Shown here: positions 48,754-59,486 of the stretch, one piece after another
How positions within the stretch are numbered: the first letter of the stretch is position 1
How the letters are laid out: every line of letters begins with the position of its first letter
Source of the DNA: an uncultured archaeon
GTDB lineage: Archaea; Asgardarchaeota; Thorarchaeia; Thorarchaeales; Thorarchaeaceae
Assembly (NCBI GenBank): GCA_964458565.1
Contig: CAYWJO010000004.1
Coordinates: 1 to 64,000, forward strand
DNA length: 64,000 nt
Direction of reading: 5' to 3'
Translations under genes and position numbers: made by a program
Notes under the pieces: model-generated
What the model saw: only the letters and a program-made list of their open reading frames with translations
The model's database searches: none
What the model was told of the DNA's origin: nothing

Positions 48754-51645
48754 TTGCTAGTATCTGGTGATTTTCCAATGCTCCGGTCCAGTAAATACGA
48801 AGGAAGCTCCGTATGGCCTCTTCAATATGCATTGCACTCGATATGGAGTAATTCCCTGAAGAGTATCGGTGTGATTCTTATACTGGCATCAGGGGTTTCT
48901 ATAGCTCCTGCAGTTATGACATGGACCGCGACAGGAATTAGAATAGCCTTGGATGATTACATTGATGACTCAATCTACCAAATGGGCGTTCGCGTGAAAT
49001 CTCTAAATGATCCCACCGCATTGCAGGCTCTTAGTGAGATTGAACATGTTTGTGAGAGAAATCCATGGATTGGAAATTATACGCGTATTCTGACCACAGC
49101 GTGTCTTGTTGATGGACATCTGAATCCAACAATGCAATATTCTTTCAATTTGGATTATTTTTATGGATATGGAATGAAGGATGCTAGTGTAATACTCGCT
49201 GATAATGATATGCTTGAAGATTGGGCTCCCATTTTTGAATGGGAGGGTAAATTCCAAATCAACGAAAATCAGGCTATTGTATCTGAACGATTTGTAGAAA
49301 CACTCTATGGTGTTTCTGGAGTTCTATATGGCATTGGTGATTTGATAAACATCGACATTGTGCTTGGTGCACACGGAGTGTATCCTGATGGAATGGTTGG
49401 AAATCGTCGATACACTATGATGAATCTTACAATAGTGGGGATATACAAAGTTGTGAAAGCCCCTACACTTCTTGGTGATGCTTTACATGGGCTTCAAAGA
49501 CTAATGTTTGACCCCTATAATGAATATACATTCTATGGCCTCTATGATGGTATAATTGTCAATGTGGATAGAGTATCACAAGAAGTGAAGGATGAAATCA
49601 AAACAAGAAGTTTCTTCAGACAGTCGATGATGATTCAAATTGATGGTAATTCACTTATCAATTCTGGAGAAGATAAAGTCGGATCGAATATACGGTTTCT
49701 TATTTCACGATTCAATGAGGAAATCACAGTAAATGCATGGGGTGTTCAGGAAACAGATAATCTTGAGTCTTACATTTCTGTCTATCTTGGTAGTCGTCTC
49801 ATTCTTGCGTTAGGATTACCTACTCTGCTTATTGCCATTTTCCTCGCTGTAAATACATCTGAGAGTAGTGTAACAAGCAGAAAGGGTGAGATGTCATTGC
49901 TACGATCAAAAGGAGCCTCTTATAATCAGATACTCTCAGGATTTATGTGGGAATCAGTTCTTCTTAGTGTAATCGCACTGTTTCTTGGAATCCTACTATC
50001 TACTCCATTAGCTGCTTATATTGGATCAAGTTCAGGTTTTCTCCAGACTGATCCTGAGTCTTTCGATATATTCATTTCAAAACCATTCATTCCGTATCTT
50101 GGATTAATATTGGCAGCTGGGATTTCACTATGTCTCCCTATGACCTATTTGATACACGTTGCACGACTTGTCGAAGTAGGAGAGGTTGGACGTCCCCTCG
50201 AAGATGAGTCTGCTGATGTTGAAGAAGAAACGCGAGGAACTGGGTCTTATGTAGGACTTTTGCTTTCAATGATGTTTATCATTGTAGGACCAATAATTCT
50301 ACCTACTGAATCTGTAGCAACTGTTGGAGCGATATTATTTGCTACCCTCCTTCTCTATGCAGCTTCGTATTTTGGAACCCAAATAACACGTAGGGGTATC
50401 GGTAAGATTGCAAATGATGCAGGATTCACTATGGGTGAAAAGAGTCTTTATCTTGCGAGGAGTTTACAGAAGCGTAAAGGCCAACATCTACCAATATTAA
50501 TTCTATTGACACTTATTCTTACATCTTCAACCATGCTTGTTGTACAATACAATAACTACACTGTTCATCTCAGTAATGAAATGGAGTATTCTATCGGAGC
50601 TGATGTACGAATCGAAACGGATGGTTCTCCCCTATCAATCAACTGGACAGTCTATCAGGTTCCAGGTGTCAAAGAGATAACACCTTTAATGAAATACTAT
50701 CGGATTGTTGCAACCGAACCTATCTACTTCATTGGAATTGATGCACCCGCGTTCTCTCGTATTGCTTATTTCAAAGAAGACAGTTTTAGTTCTGGGGCTG
50801 CAAAAGACGTCCTTGAAATATTAGATCAACAGCAAAATGGAATCGTTATTAGTACTTATCATGCTAATTTATGGAATATGAGTGTTGGAGATACACTCTC
50901 TATATTTGCTGACTTTATCGTTGTTGGCCTGATGGATCATCTTCCCGGTCTGGGTGTTGCAGCTTCTTCTGCTTACCCTGAAAATACACTTCCTCAAGCA
51001 ATGGATACTCAAGTGATTGGAGCTGGTTTCGCAATTGTGAACCTCGAATATCTTATGAATGTAACACATAAGTCTCGAGCTAATCTCTTTCTAGTTGATC
51101 TCTTTCCTCATGCAAATGTATCAAGTACTATCCGCGAATTAAATAACCGTCTGCCATCAGCAAAAGTAAGGTCCCCACTCACTCGAAATTTCTTATTTAC
51201 AGGACTTAGATCTCGTCTTTATTTGCAGGGATTATCTGGACTTCTATCAATCACATTTGTTATATCAACAGGAATGGGTATCTTTGCCGTTCTTACAATG
51301 TTGAGTTCATCTGTGGATTCTCGAAAAAACGAGTATGCCATTTTAAGAGCAATCGGTACTACAAGGGATGATATCACTAGATTAGTACTTGGGGAATTTC
51401 TTTCTATCGTTCTTGCAGTAGTATTCTTGAGTATGGCTCTGGGTATCTTCTTTGGAGGATTCCTGAGCAGTATGGCCTTCAATCTATCCCCATATATCCC
51501 AATTCTAAATCAGTCATTAAGTATTCCCTATAGTGTTCTTGGTGTACTTCTGCTGATTCAGGGTGCACTAATGGCTCTTGCGTGTTTAGTACCAGCAAGA
51601 TTGGCAAATAAGACAGACCCAGCCATTCAACTCAGGAATCTCTAG
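48754..51645 (+). CDS. FtsX/MacB-like ABC transporter permease (duplicated)
   Basis: Two R..E...LR..G motifs, each followed by TM bundles and with large extracytoplasmic loops. Confidence 0.9.
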   Translation: MLVSGDFPMLRSSKYEGSSVWPLQYALHSIWSNSLKSIGVILILASGVSIAPAVMTWTATGIRIALDDYIDDSIYQMGVRVKSLNDPTALQALSEIEHVCERNPWIGNYTRILTTACLVDGHLNPTMQYSFNLDYFYGYGMKDASVILADNDMLEDWAPIFEWEGKFQINENQAIVSERFVETLYGVSGVLYGIGDLINIDIVLGAHGVYPDGMVGNRRYTMMNLTIVGIYKVVKAPTLLGDALHGLQRLMFDPYNEYTFYGLYDGIIVNVDRVSQEVKDEIKTRSFFRQSMMIQIDGNSLINSGEDKVGSNIRFLISRFNEEITVNAWGVQETDNLESYISVYLGSRLILALGLPTLLIAIFLAVNTSESSVTSRKGEMSLLRSKGASYNQILSGFMWESVLLSVIALFLGILLSTPLAAYIGSSSGFLQTDPESFDIFISKPFIPYLGLILAAGISLCLPMTYLIHVARLVEVGEVGRPLEDESADVEEETRGTGSYVGLLLSMMFIIVGPIILPTESVATVGAILFATLLLYAASYFGTQITRRGIGKIANDAGFTMGEKSLYLARSLQKRKGQHLPILILLTLILTSSTMLVVQYNNYTVHLSNEMEYSIGADVRIETDGSPLSINWTVYQVPGVKEITPLMKYYRIVATEPIYFIGIDAPAFSRIAYFKEDSFSSGAAKDVLEILDQQQNGIVISTYHANLWNMSVGDTLSIFADFIVVGLMDHLPGLGVAASSAYPENTLPQAMDTQVIGAGFAIVNLEYLMNVTHKSRANLFLVDLFPHANVSSTIRELNNRLPSAKVRSPLTRNFLFTGLRSRLYLQGLSGLLSITFVISTGMGIFAVLTMLSSSVDSRKNEYAILRAIGTTRDDITRLVLGEFLSIVLAVVFLSMALGIFFGGFLSSMAFNLSPYIPILNQSLSIPYSVLGVLLLIQGALMALACLVPARLANKTDPAIQLRNL

Positions 51646-51710
51646 AAAATAACACATCCGAAAGGATATTAGACCACTAATATCGTGCCCCCTCGTGTAG
51701 AGGCAGTATC

Positions 51711-53378
51711 ATGGAGATTTATCCGATTCTAGTTGATGGCGAAGAAATCGATACTGGTACGTATTCGATTTTTCCCGATATGAACAAAGTCATTGCAGAT
51801 CCGGGGCTCGCAATTGCGCTACAATTGAGAGAGGCTTCAAGTGGACAGCAATTTGTCTTCTCCAAACTGCCACAGCTAATAACCTCAAAAACTGCTGAAA
51901 TGAAATATCTACGTGACTACCGAAAATATCATGGAGTACCAAAATATTCCAAGGACGAACTTGATGAAGTTGTTTTTGCGAAGGTAGCCATTTCTCGTGA
52001 GGTCGATATTGAACGTGCAATAGCTGCAGGCAAGAGGGATCATGAGAAACTTTTCAATCCATTCAATCATCCAAAGATGGGACTCACACTTCAGGAACGA
52101 GCGGATGCAATTTTTGAAGCAGGCGAATCACTTAGAAAACGCTGGACTGACCTAAGTGATATATCAGTCAAGGAAGGAATGCCAATAAAGACATTAAAAT
52201 GGGCTTGGGACTTGAAGGCATGGCAAGATTACCGTGCTTCCATTGATGAGTGGGCAAGTCTTCTTGATGTAATAGAAAAACCCGCTGTTGATGGAGGTAA
52301 GAATTACAGATTTCGAGAACCTTATGGAGTTGCCGCCTTATTTCCACCGTATAATGCGCCAATCGCTCTTGGAATCTTCAGCATTACCTCTTCGCTCCTT
52401 GCTGGTAACGCCTCCCTCTTGAAACCCCCTAATAAAGTTCCGCTGAGTATTATTTTCTTTGCTCAAATCTATTTAGAAAAATTCCTTGAGCTGGGACTTC
52501 CTCCGACATTGATCCAAGTATTGACAGGTGGTGGGAAACGGATGATGAATCGATTCATGTCAGATCCGCGTGTTAGTGCTATTGCCTGGTATGGTGATAG
52601 TGATACTGGATTCAATCTTTGGGCAAAAGCAATACAACGACGAATTCAGATGGCACCTGAGCTTGCAGGAAGTGATGCGTTTCTTGTTTGGGGAAATGAT
52701 GTTGATTTAGAAAAAGCTGTTGATTTAATTGTGAGTGGTAGATATCTTGGTAGCGGACAAGCTTGCATGGCTGTGAAGCGATTACTTGTTCAAGAATCCT
52801 TGCATGATGACTTGGTAGAACTAATAGTTGAAGAAGTTGAAAAACTGAAGATGGGTTTGCCATCAGATCCGGAGGTTACTCTACCACCTGTTGGACTTAC
52901 TGCACTATATCTATTGATTGACCAAATCAAAGATGCTTCTTCAAAAGGAGCAAAAATTGAAACTGGCGGTTACAGATGCAATTACCTTTCAGAACCGGAC
53001 TTAGCTGGATTATTCTACAAACCAACAGTATTGACTAATGTTACAACCGATATGCGAATCATGAACGAAGAGGTATTCGCACCTGCACTTCCGATAATGC
53101 CTGTTGAGAGCGTAGATTCTGCATTAAAAATTGCGAATAATTCCCGATTTGGCTTACGTTCGTCTGTCTTTACTACTGATATTAATGTCCGTCGTAGATG
53201 GGTAAAAGAAATTCAAGCTGCTGGTGTTGGAATAGGTGCAGACCACGTTTACTATGATCCCTACATGCCGCATTTAGGCGGATACAAAGATTCTGGCATA
53301 ATTGGTGGAAAATACTTCACCACAATGTTATCAAGAATGAAATATGTACATACAAGCCCAGAATCTGGGATTTTCTAA
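51711..53378 (+). CDS. Aldehyde dehydrogenase family protein with N-terminal extension
   Basis: REPYGV, P.NAP, ELAG, GQAC.A, EEVFAP, AN.S.FGL. Confidence 0.92.
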   Translation: MEIYPILVDGEEIDTGTYSIFPDMNKVIADPGLAIALQLREASSGQQFVFSKLPQLITSKTAEMKYLRDYRKYHGVPKYSKDELDEVVFAKVAISREVDIERAIAAGKRDHEKLFNPFNHPKMGLTLQERADAIFEAGESLRKRWTDLSDISVKEGMPIKTLKWAWDLKAWQDYRASIDEWASLLDVIEKPAVDGGKNYRFREPYGVAALFPPYNAPIALGIFSITSSLLAGNASLLKPPNKVPLSIIFFAQIYLEKFLELGLPPTLIQVLTGGGKRMMNRFMSDPRVSAIAWYGDSDTGFNLWAKAIQRRIQMAPELAGSDAFLVWGNDVDLEKAVDLIVSGRYLGSGQACMAVKRLLVQESLHDDLVELIVEEVEKLKMGLPSDPEVTLPPVGLTALYLLIDQIKDASSKGAKIETGGYRCNYLSEPDLAGLFYKPTVLTNVTTDMRIMNEEVFAPALPIMPVESVDSALKIANNSRFGLRSSVFTTDINVRRRWVKEIQAAGVGIGADHVYYDPYMPHLGGYKDSGIIGGKYFTTMLSRMKYVHTSPESGIF

Positions 53379-53431
53379 AAACGGTTATTGACCCCAACGA
53401 TTAACAAGGTGAATTGAGATAAAATACTATC

Positions 53432-54769
53432 TTGAGATTAAATGAGGTGAATTTCGAATTCACTCTATACAGGCGTGCTCGGGAGGCGACTATCCGTGCA
53501 TTAGAACGATATAGTGCTGAAAATCTCACTATGAGATCCATACTTAGGGATAGTCTCAGTATTGGTCTAACTTCAGATATCAGAAGTACGGTATTCTCAC
53601 TGACTTTAGGCGTTATCAGGTATCTAAATACAATCGATTATTTGTTGACACAATCACAACCTAAACTGATTTCGGTTCTTGACTCACATTCACTTCAACA
53701 ACTTCGTCTTGGTGTTTATGAATCAAAATGGCTTAACATCCCAATTGAAAGAATTAAGTCAGCATACGTAGATGACAAGACCCTCTTTAAGATAGTAGAG
53801 AGAGCAATTGAGGTAAATTTGAAGAACATCATTAAAGACATGCCTAAGATAAATTCAATGAGCCTTCAATATTCGCATCCGACATTTCTTATAGAAACCC
53901 TTCTGGAGAAGATAGGTGAACAAGAAACCGTATCTCTGTTGAAATCAAATAATTCTCCTAGATGTTATTATGCACGTCCCAACTTAATGAAAACGGATGT
54001 AGACTCTCTATCAGCGGAACTTGCATCGCTAGGTATCATTGTAACTCCTGACCCTGATATTGAGAATCTGTTAAAATTGGATGGCTCTTTAGAAGAATTG
54101 GAATCATCTAATCTGTATAATGCTGGAAATCTCGTCCTTCAGGATAAAGGTAGTCTATTAGTAGTTCGGGCTGTTAATCCAAAATCCGGTGAAACAATCT
54201 TTGATGTATGTTCTGCTCCTGGAGGAAAGACACAATATATCTGGGAACTCATGAATAGGGAAGGACGTTTGGTTGCAGGAGATTTCTATCTTAATAGGAT
54301 TCAGGACGCAAAGAAACGACTAGAGAAATTAGGTGAATGGGGGATACAGTGGATTCAGCATGATGGTGCTTCTTCCAGCATAAACGAGGTAAGCAAAATA
54401 CTGATTGATGCACCATGCACTTCAACTGGGATGATAAAGACGCATCCGTCGTTTAAGTGGGCATTAAATAAAGACCGATTAATGACAATGATGACTTTGC
54501 AGAATAAAATCCTTGAAGATATAATAAAGACATATCAGAAGAGCCCTGACACTGAGATAGTTTTTGCTACTTGCTCAGTTCTTCCTCATGAGGGTGAATC
54601 ACAAATAGATTCCATTTTGAAGAAATATCCCATCGAATTAATAGAGCCAGACATTCCGGGCGAAACAGGATATTCAGGTTTTATCTGTTCCTCCAAAGTT
54701 AAACGATTATTTTCTTATAAGCATGAAACGCATGATTTTTTTATTGCTCGTTTTAGAATTAAGAACTAA
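53432..54769 (+). CDS. RsmB/NOP2-family RNA m5C methyltransferase with a NusB-like N-terminus
   Basis: QD..S, D.CSAPGGKT, DAPCTSTG, ATCS....E.E. Confidence 0.92.
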   Translation: MRLNEVNFEFTLYRRAREATIRALERYSAENLTMRSILRDSLSIGLTSDIRSTVFSLTLGVIRYLNTIDYLLTQSQPKLISVLDSHSLQQLRLGVYESKWLNIPIERIKSAYVDDKTLFKIVERAIEVNLKNIIKDMPKINSMSLQYSHPTFLIETLLEKIGEQETVSLLKSNNSPRCYYARPNLMKTDVDSLSAELASLGIIVTPDPDIENLLKLDGSLEELESSNLYNAGNLVLQDKGSLLVVRAVNPKSGETIFDVCSAPGGKTQYIWELMNREGRLVAGDFYLNRIQDAKKRLEKLGEWGIQWIQHDGASSSINEVSKILIDAPCTSTGMIKTHPSFKWALNKDRLMTMMTLQNKILEDIIKTYQKSPDTEIVFATCSVLPHEGESQIDSILKKYPIELIEPDIPGETGYSGFICSSKVKRLFSYKHETHDFFIARFRIKN

Positions 54770-55700
54770 GTCTTCTCTGAACCGAATCCATCACCCTGCG
54801 TGCGAATTCTCTATCATCTTTGAAGCTCCATGGGATTTTAAAAAACATTACGTTGGCTTTCTGAATATCATCCTCATTGCGCTCAACAAGTGCCCTGAAT
54901 ACAATCTTTGTCCACTGAAAACATGCATCTTCATGAAACTCATGTTGCTTCTCTGAACTTGACACAAATTTCGTAAGATATACCAAGCCTTCCTTCGGTC
55001 TACCCAACATCAATTCTGATAACGCAGCCATGCATGCAAAAGTAATGGCATTAGATGTCATGCCACTATTGGCATAGGTTTCTGCACCTTCTCGATATTC
55101 TCTTGCTTTTTTCTCATATAGACTTCTACCATCAACAATCACAATTTTCGATTCTTCATCCTCTTCTTTCTCAGCCTTTTTGAGTTGAACTCCTCCTAAT
55201 ACAGCGGCTTTCAGTTCAGCTTGCATATCTGCAACATCTGATCCTTCTCTTATCTCCCTCATCTTCTCGATTAGAGATTCTCCTGATTTTACTAGTGCAT
55301 GTTTTATTTCCGGATTTGTTAAGGCTGTATCATTTCTTAGTAATCCAGCCTCATACATACTTCTACCATATCGAAAGAGTTCATATCCCTTATCAAATAG
55401 AGTATTTTCTATTGCAAACTCAATACCCCTGACAATAACCTGTAGCGCGTTATCGGTTTCTTGTAGGTTCTCAAATTGATTTGCTGATTCAGAAACCCAG
55501 AGAAATGCGTCCGTACTATTTTCTTTGATTAGGCTTTGTGCCTTGAAGAGCGCATTATATGCATCAACACACATGACTGCAAGATCCTGTATTGAGCACT
55601 TCGCCTTTACCTCAGCATTCGACAATAAGGTGTTCCTGAGTTTACATCCTGCTCCCTTGGCTGATAACGATAGATACACACAATTGATCTGGGTTTCCAA
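54759..55700 (-). CDS. All-helical TPR/SNAP-like protein
   Basis: Ala/aromatic helical-repeat pattern; C-terminus resembles the alpha-SNAP C-terminal bundle. Confidence 0.7.
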   Translation of the reverse strand: METQINCVYLSLSAKGAGCKLRNTLLSNAEVKAKCSIQDLAVMCVDAYNALFKAQSLIKENSTDAFLWVSESANQFENLQETDNALQVIVRGIEFAIENTLFDKGYELFRYGRSMYEAGLLRNDTALTNPEIKHALVKSGESLIEKMREIREGSDVADMQAELKAAVLGGVQLKKAEKEEDEESKIVIVDGRSLYEKKAREYREGAETYANSGMTSNAITFACMAALSELMLGRPKEGLVYLTKFVSSSEKQHEFHEDACFQWTKIVFRALVERNEDDIQKANVMFFKIPWSFKDDREFARRVMDSVQRRLSS

Positions 55701-55818
55701 TGAATAATCACCTAATTGTTTCTTGCTTTTCTGTTGACTTCAAACCCTAAAAAACCATCCTCGTTGTATCGTTATCCTTTTCAACGAATAGTCTTGCTCC
55801 AGATGGGAGGCAATTGAT

Positions 55819-56217
55819 GTGTCTGATGACGATCCTGAGTTGGCAATGTTGCGAAGAAAGAAGATGTCGCAATTCATTACTCGTGAGAAAAAAGCTCAGG
55901 AAACTAGAGAACATCAAGAGAAAGTTGGCGCTGAACGAGCTAAACTACTGAACCGCTTCTTAGAGCCTGAAGCGCTGAAATACCTTGACCATCTCAAAAC
56001 GAATGAGCCCTCGGTAGGAACACGAATTGAAGAAGTCATCCTCTACTTGATTGTTTACCGTGGTCTTCGTCAAGTTATAAAACAACTTGATATTAGGTAC
56101 ATCGAACGCCAAATCAAGGGTGAAGGGCCAACTATAAAAGTACAAAGAGATGGTGAAACTTCCGATTTTGGTTCATACGTTCGGGATGCATTGAAGAAAA
56201 ATCAAGAACAGAACTAG
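55819..56217 (+). CDS. PDCD5/DNA-binding protein family member (divergent)
   Basis: D.EL..LRRKKM, R..LL...L.PEA...L..LK...P......E..I..L. Confidence 0.75.
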   Translation: MSDDDPELAMLRRKKMSQFITREKKAQETREHQEKVGAERAKLLNRFLEPEALKYLDHLKTNEPSVGTRIEEVILYLIVYRGLRQVIKQLDIRYIERQIKGEGPTIKVQRDGETSDFGSYVRDALKKNQEQN

Positions 56218-56225
56218 TAATCAGC

Positions 56226-57113
56226 TTATGTTCGACTCTTCCATTCTCGAATTTTGTATTTCAACTCCTCCTTGTCGCCCTCCTGTTTATTCCAGATTGA
56301 CGAAGTTCTTCGCATTTCAAACATGAGAGAACCTCCACGAGAGAGTTTTTGTTCTAGAATTTCTGCAGCGCTCTCCAATGCACGTGCTACACTCTCTCCT
56401 CCTTCAGTTCTTTCAACTATACTCTCTAATGAATCAAAAATTTGACTCGGTTGAGAGACCTTCCACTCCTCAACAGGTGCTTCGATTACTCGATATTTCT
56501 TTGCTGGAATTACTGTAGTTCCTTCCCTAATTTCTAATTCTCCTTCATTTTGGAGTGATTCGCAGAGAGTAATAGCTTCTGACATATCTGTGACTAGAAT
56601 GGCCGCTATTTCGTCAAGACGAACATGACGTCGTTGTAAAACAAGGCTCAAAATCCGATATTTCGGGTCTCCAATTTCCATCACAATCTCTCTAAGTTTC
56701 TCTGTAGCATCAGGTTCATTGTTGATGACTGCTGAAGCTGCTGCTGATAGAGTTCTCAAATCTCTTTGAAGTGCCTCAATCAATCTTTCCGAATCTACCA
56801 GCTGTTGTTTGAGTGAGTACTCATCTCCACCAGGTTGTTTCCTACTCAAAACTTGTGTCTGTTCAGCTTTCATTGTCTGAACTTCACGACCTACAGAGTC
56901 CAATGCTCCTTTATATTTTTGAATCTCTCCTCTAAGCATTTGTATCTCGCTATCCCGCGAAACAACATCACTTTCTAATGATGCCACACGAGTCTTCAAT
57001 TCATTCGCTCTTCCATAACTACCACTTAATTGTGCTTCAAGTGATTGCATTTTTTGATTTAGTTGGGCAATCTGCATGGTTTTATCGCGAAGTTTTTCAT
57101 TCAAATCTGACAT
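56226..57113 (-). CDS. Coiled-coil plus wHTH protein, unknown function
   Basis: Start moved to ATG 57113 (MSDLNEKL); heptads, then DPKYRIL......V...EIA.......A......L...G. Confidence 0.8.
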   Translation of the reverse strand: MSDLNEKLRDKTMQIAQLNQKMQSLEAQLSGSYGRANELKTRVASLESDVVSRDSEIQMLRGEIQKYKGALDSVGREVQTMKAEQTQVLSRKQPGGDEYSLKQQLVDSERLIEALQRDLRTLSAAASAVINNEPDATEKLREIVMEIGDPKYRILSLVLQRRHVRLDEIAAILVTDMSEAITLCESLQNEGELEIREGTTVIPAKKYRVIEAPVEEWKVSQPSQIFDSLESIVERTEGGESVARALESAAEILEQKLSRGGSLMFEMRRTSSIWNKQEGDKEELKYKIREWKSRT

Positions 57114-57193
57114 AATACAACCCAGCAGGTGTAGTCCTAAGTCTAGAGTTAAAAAGGAAATCTCGGGTGAGCTCCTCACAGGATGAATCTTAC

Positions 57194-57946
57194 ATGGAAT
57201 TGTTTGATGCCCACACACATATCGATATGAAGCATTATCAAAATGATCGAGAACGAGTCATAGGTCGTGCTAAGGATGCTGGTGTGATTGGTATGGTGAC
57301 CTCATCGATTGGTGTAGGATCATTTAGAAGAACCCTGGGCATTGTCGAGAAACATAAGAACTATATCTATCAAACTGCAGGCTGCAGCGTATCCCAATTG
57401 AAATCTGATGAAGCTGATTCTATCATCCAGCTTACACGTAAATATTCTACAAAAATTGTTGCTGTTGGTGAAGTTGGGCTTGACTATCATTGGATTAAAG
57501 ACTATGCAGGACGCACAGCCCAAGAACCGCTCTTCTTGAAATTCATTGAACTGGCATCGGAACTTGAGCTACCTCTTGTTATTCATTCACGGAAAGCAGA
57601 GAAGGACGCAACAGACCTCCTTGAGAAACATTTCAGTGGAAGTGTTCTCATGCATTGTTATGATGGTGATTCTTCTGTCACCAATCGGATAATATCCAAT
57701 GGCTGGTCAATTACTCTTCCTGCTAATTTTAATCGATATAGAAACAGAATTGAAGCTGCTAAAACTGTGCCTCTTGAACAGATCCTTCTAGAAACAGATG
57801 GTCCCTATCTCTCACCCATTGAAGGACGCAATGAGCCATCCAATGTAAAATATGGGTGTAAATCTCTTTCCGACTTGCTAGAAATTGATGTTGATGATGT
57901 GGCATCTCAGACTACAGCTAATGCGAAAAAATTCTATGGAATTTGA
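57194..57946 (+). CDS. tatD: TatD-family DNase
   Basis: DAHTH, VGEVGLDY, LP.VIHSR, MHC, LLETDGP, NEP. Confidence 0.93.
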   Translation: MELFDAHTHIDMKHYQNDRERVIGRAKDAGVIGMVTSSIGVGSFRRTLGIVEKHKNYIYQTAGCSVSQLKSDEADSIIQLTRKYSTKIVAVGEVGLDYHWIKDYAGRTAQEPLFLKFIELASELELPLVIHSRKAEKDATDLLEKHFSGSVLMHCYDGDSSVTNRIISNGWSITLPANFNRYRNRIEAAKTVPLEQILLETDGPYLSPIEGRNEPSNVKYGCKSLSDLLEIDVDDVASQTTANAKKFYGI

Positions 57947-57947
57947 T

Positions 57948-58139
57948 TTACTCTACCATTTCTGGGTGCAGTACATCTGTAATTGACCCTCTACTATCAA
58001 GATTAACGTAGAAATAATGATCCTTGTGCGTTATTTTAGTGCTTATTGGAAATCTCTTGGCACTTTTTACTATCTTTGATGCAACCTCGATTGGAGTAAT
58101 CTCCTCACACACCGGGCATCTTACTAATTTCTTAACCAT
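57948..58139 (-). CDS. Small zinc-binding protein
   Basis: CPVC....H.DH.....LD pattern; GGGGA RBS. Confidence 0.75.
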   Translation of the reverse strand: MVKKLVRCPVCEEITPIEVASKIVKSAKRFPISTKITHKDHYFYVNLDSRGSITDVLHPEMVE

Positions 58140-58151
58140 GATTCAGTCCCC

Positions 58152-58565
58152 CTAAGATGGCTTTGCTACTTTTGAGTCCTCACTCAATATCATTCTTGCA
58201 CTATACTCTTTTGGCTCTTTCAATGCATTTGTAAATAGTGTGATTATCTCATCAGCTGAAAATGAATCTAAAACATCATTATCGGTTCCAACAATACGAA
58301 GGTTTTCATATACGCCTGATTCTGCAAGGATTCGAAATTTCTGGTTATTGCGCTGGAATGTGAGAACAAGAAAATCCGCAAAATCTTTGAACTCATCTTT
58401 TGGGCCTCGCATTTTTCCGTTCATTCGTTCTACGAGATTCTGTCCAATTATATTTTCAAGTAGATAAGCGCGAATTATCTGATTACCAACTTTTCTTCTT
58501 ATATCTAAAAACTCATGTACTGTATTATCAGAGAGGGTTAATTTCCAAGTTTTTGTCTTTGTCAC
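58152..58565 (-). CDS. Hypothetical protein
   Basis: 137-aa ORF co-oriented with the zinc-binding gene. Confidence 0.7.
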   Translation of the reverse strand: MTKTKTWKLTLSDNTVHEFLDIRRKVGNQIIRAYLLENIIGQNLVERMNGKMRGPKDEFKDFADFLVLTFQRNNQKFRILAESGVYENLRIVGTDNDVLDSFSADEIITLFTNALKEPKEYSARMILSEDSKVAKPS

Positions 58566-58732
58566 TTCATCATCAGCTCAGACTTCACTGTACCATGCGA
58601 TTTAATATGGACTTATTTGTTTTATAGAGCTTCTTTGTGGGTCTTACCAATTTTTCGTACACGGAATAGCTTTATTTGTTAGGATGCCTATCCACCGATA
58701 AGACTGATTCAACTACTGGTGGTTAGAATACG

Positions 58733-59419
58733 ATGTTGCAAACAGTAGACATGGCTATTCGTGAAGTTCATATTGGATTGTGGTTTCTAGTCGTAGGATA
58801 TTATTTCTATATCTTCATATTCCTTTTCTTCTACAGATGGCGTAAGACGCATAATCCATTTCAGCTTGCAATGTCTCTGTTCTTTCTATTATTAGCTATC
58901 GGTAGAGTGTTTTATTTCGTGAACGATTACTATGCTGAGTTTCTAGGTATGGACCCTACAATGAATATTGGTTTGCAGGGTGGCGCCTTCTTCCAATGGA
59001 TGGCTCTGGCTCTGCTTTCTGCAACTGCCGGATTCATGATTTTTGGAAAGAGATGGGCGGAAATTGCTTTTGCTGTACCAGCTATAGGGATTGCCGTAAT
59101 TCTAGCTCTATTTCCTCTTGATGAAGCACTTCGTCAGATTATCACTGGTGGTGCTGGGGCGATTTATGCGCTGTTCATACCATTACTATTCTGGTATCTT
59201 GCTTGGCAATCTGGAGGAATATTACGGGAATCGAATTTTATACTTGGTCTCGGTTTCTTCGTACTCTTTGCTGGTCGTTTGATTCATTCAGCTCGTAATG
59301 AACTTGCCACATTCTTCTTTGGGGGATCAATTACGATACCTGGTATACTCGCTCCTGGTTTAATCGTAGTCGCTCTTATACTGATCGCAGCAGGGAATGA
59401 ACGAGCACAATCGCAATAG
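58733..59419 (+). CDS. Polytopic (~7 TM) membrane protein
   Basis: Seven hydrophobic segments with short loops. Confidence 0.85.
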   Translation: MLQTVDMAIREVHIGLWFLVVGYYFYIFIFLFFYRWRKTHNPFQLAMSLFFLLLAIGRVFYFVNDYYAEFLGMDPTMNIGLQGGAFFQWMALALLSATAGFMIFGKRWAEIAFAVPAIGIAVILALFPLDEALRQIITGGAGAIYALFIPLLFWYLAWQSGGILRESNFILGLGFFVLFAGRLIHSARNELATFFFGGSITIPGILAPGLIVVALILIAAGNERAQSQ

Positions 59420-59486
59420 ATTGACCAAGTTAAAATCAGATGAAATCAAGAAGTAGTGAGATATAGGAAAAAGGAAATGCTCGAAG

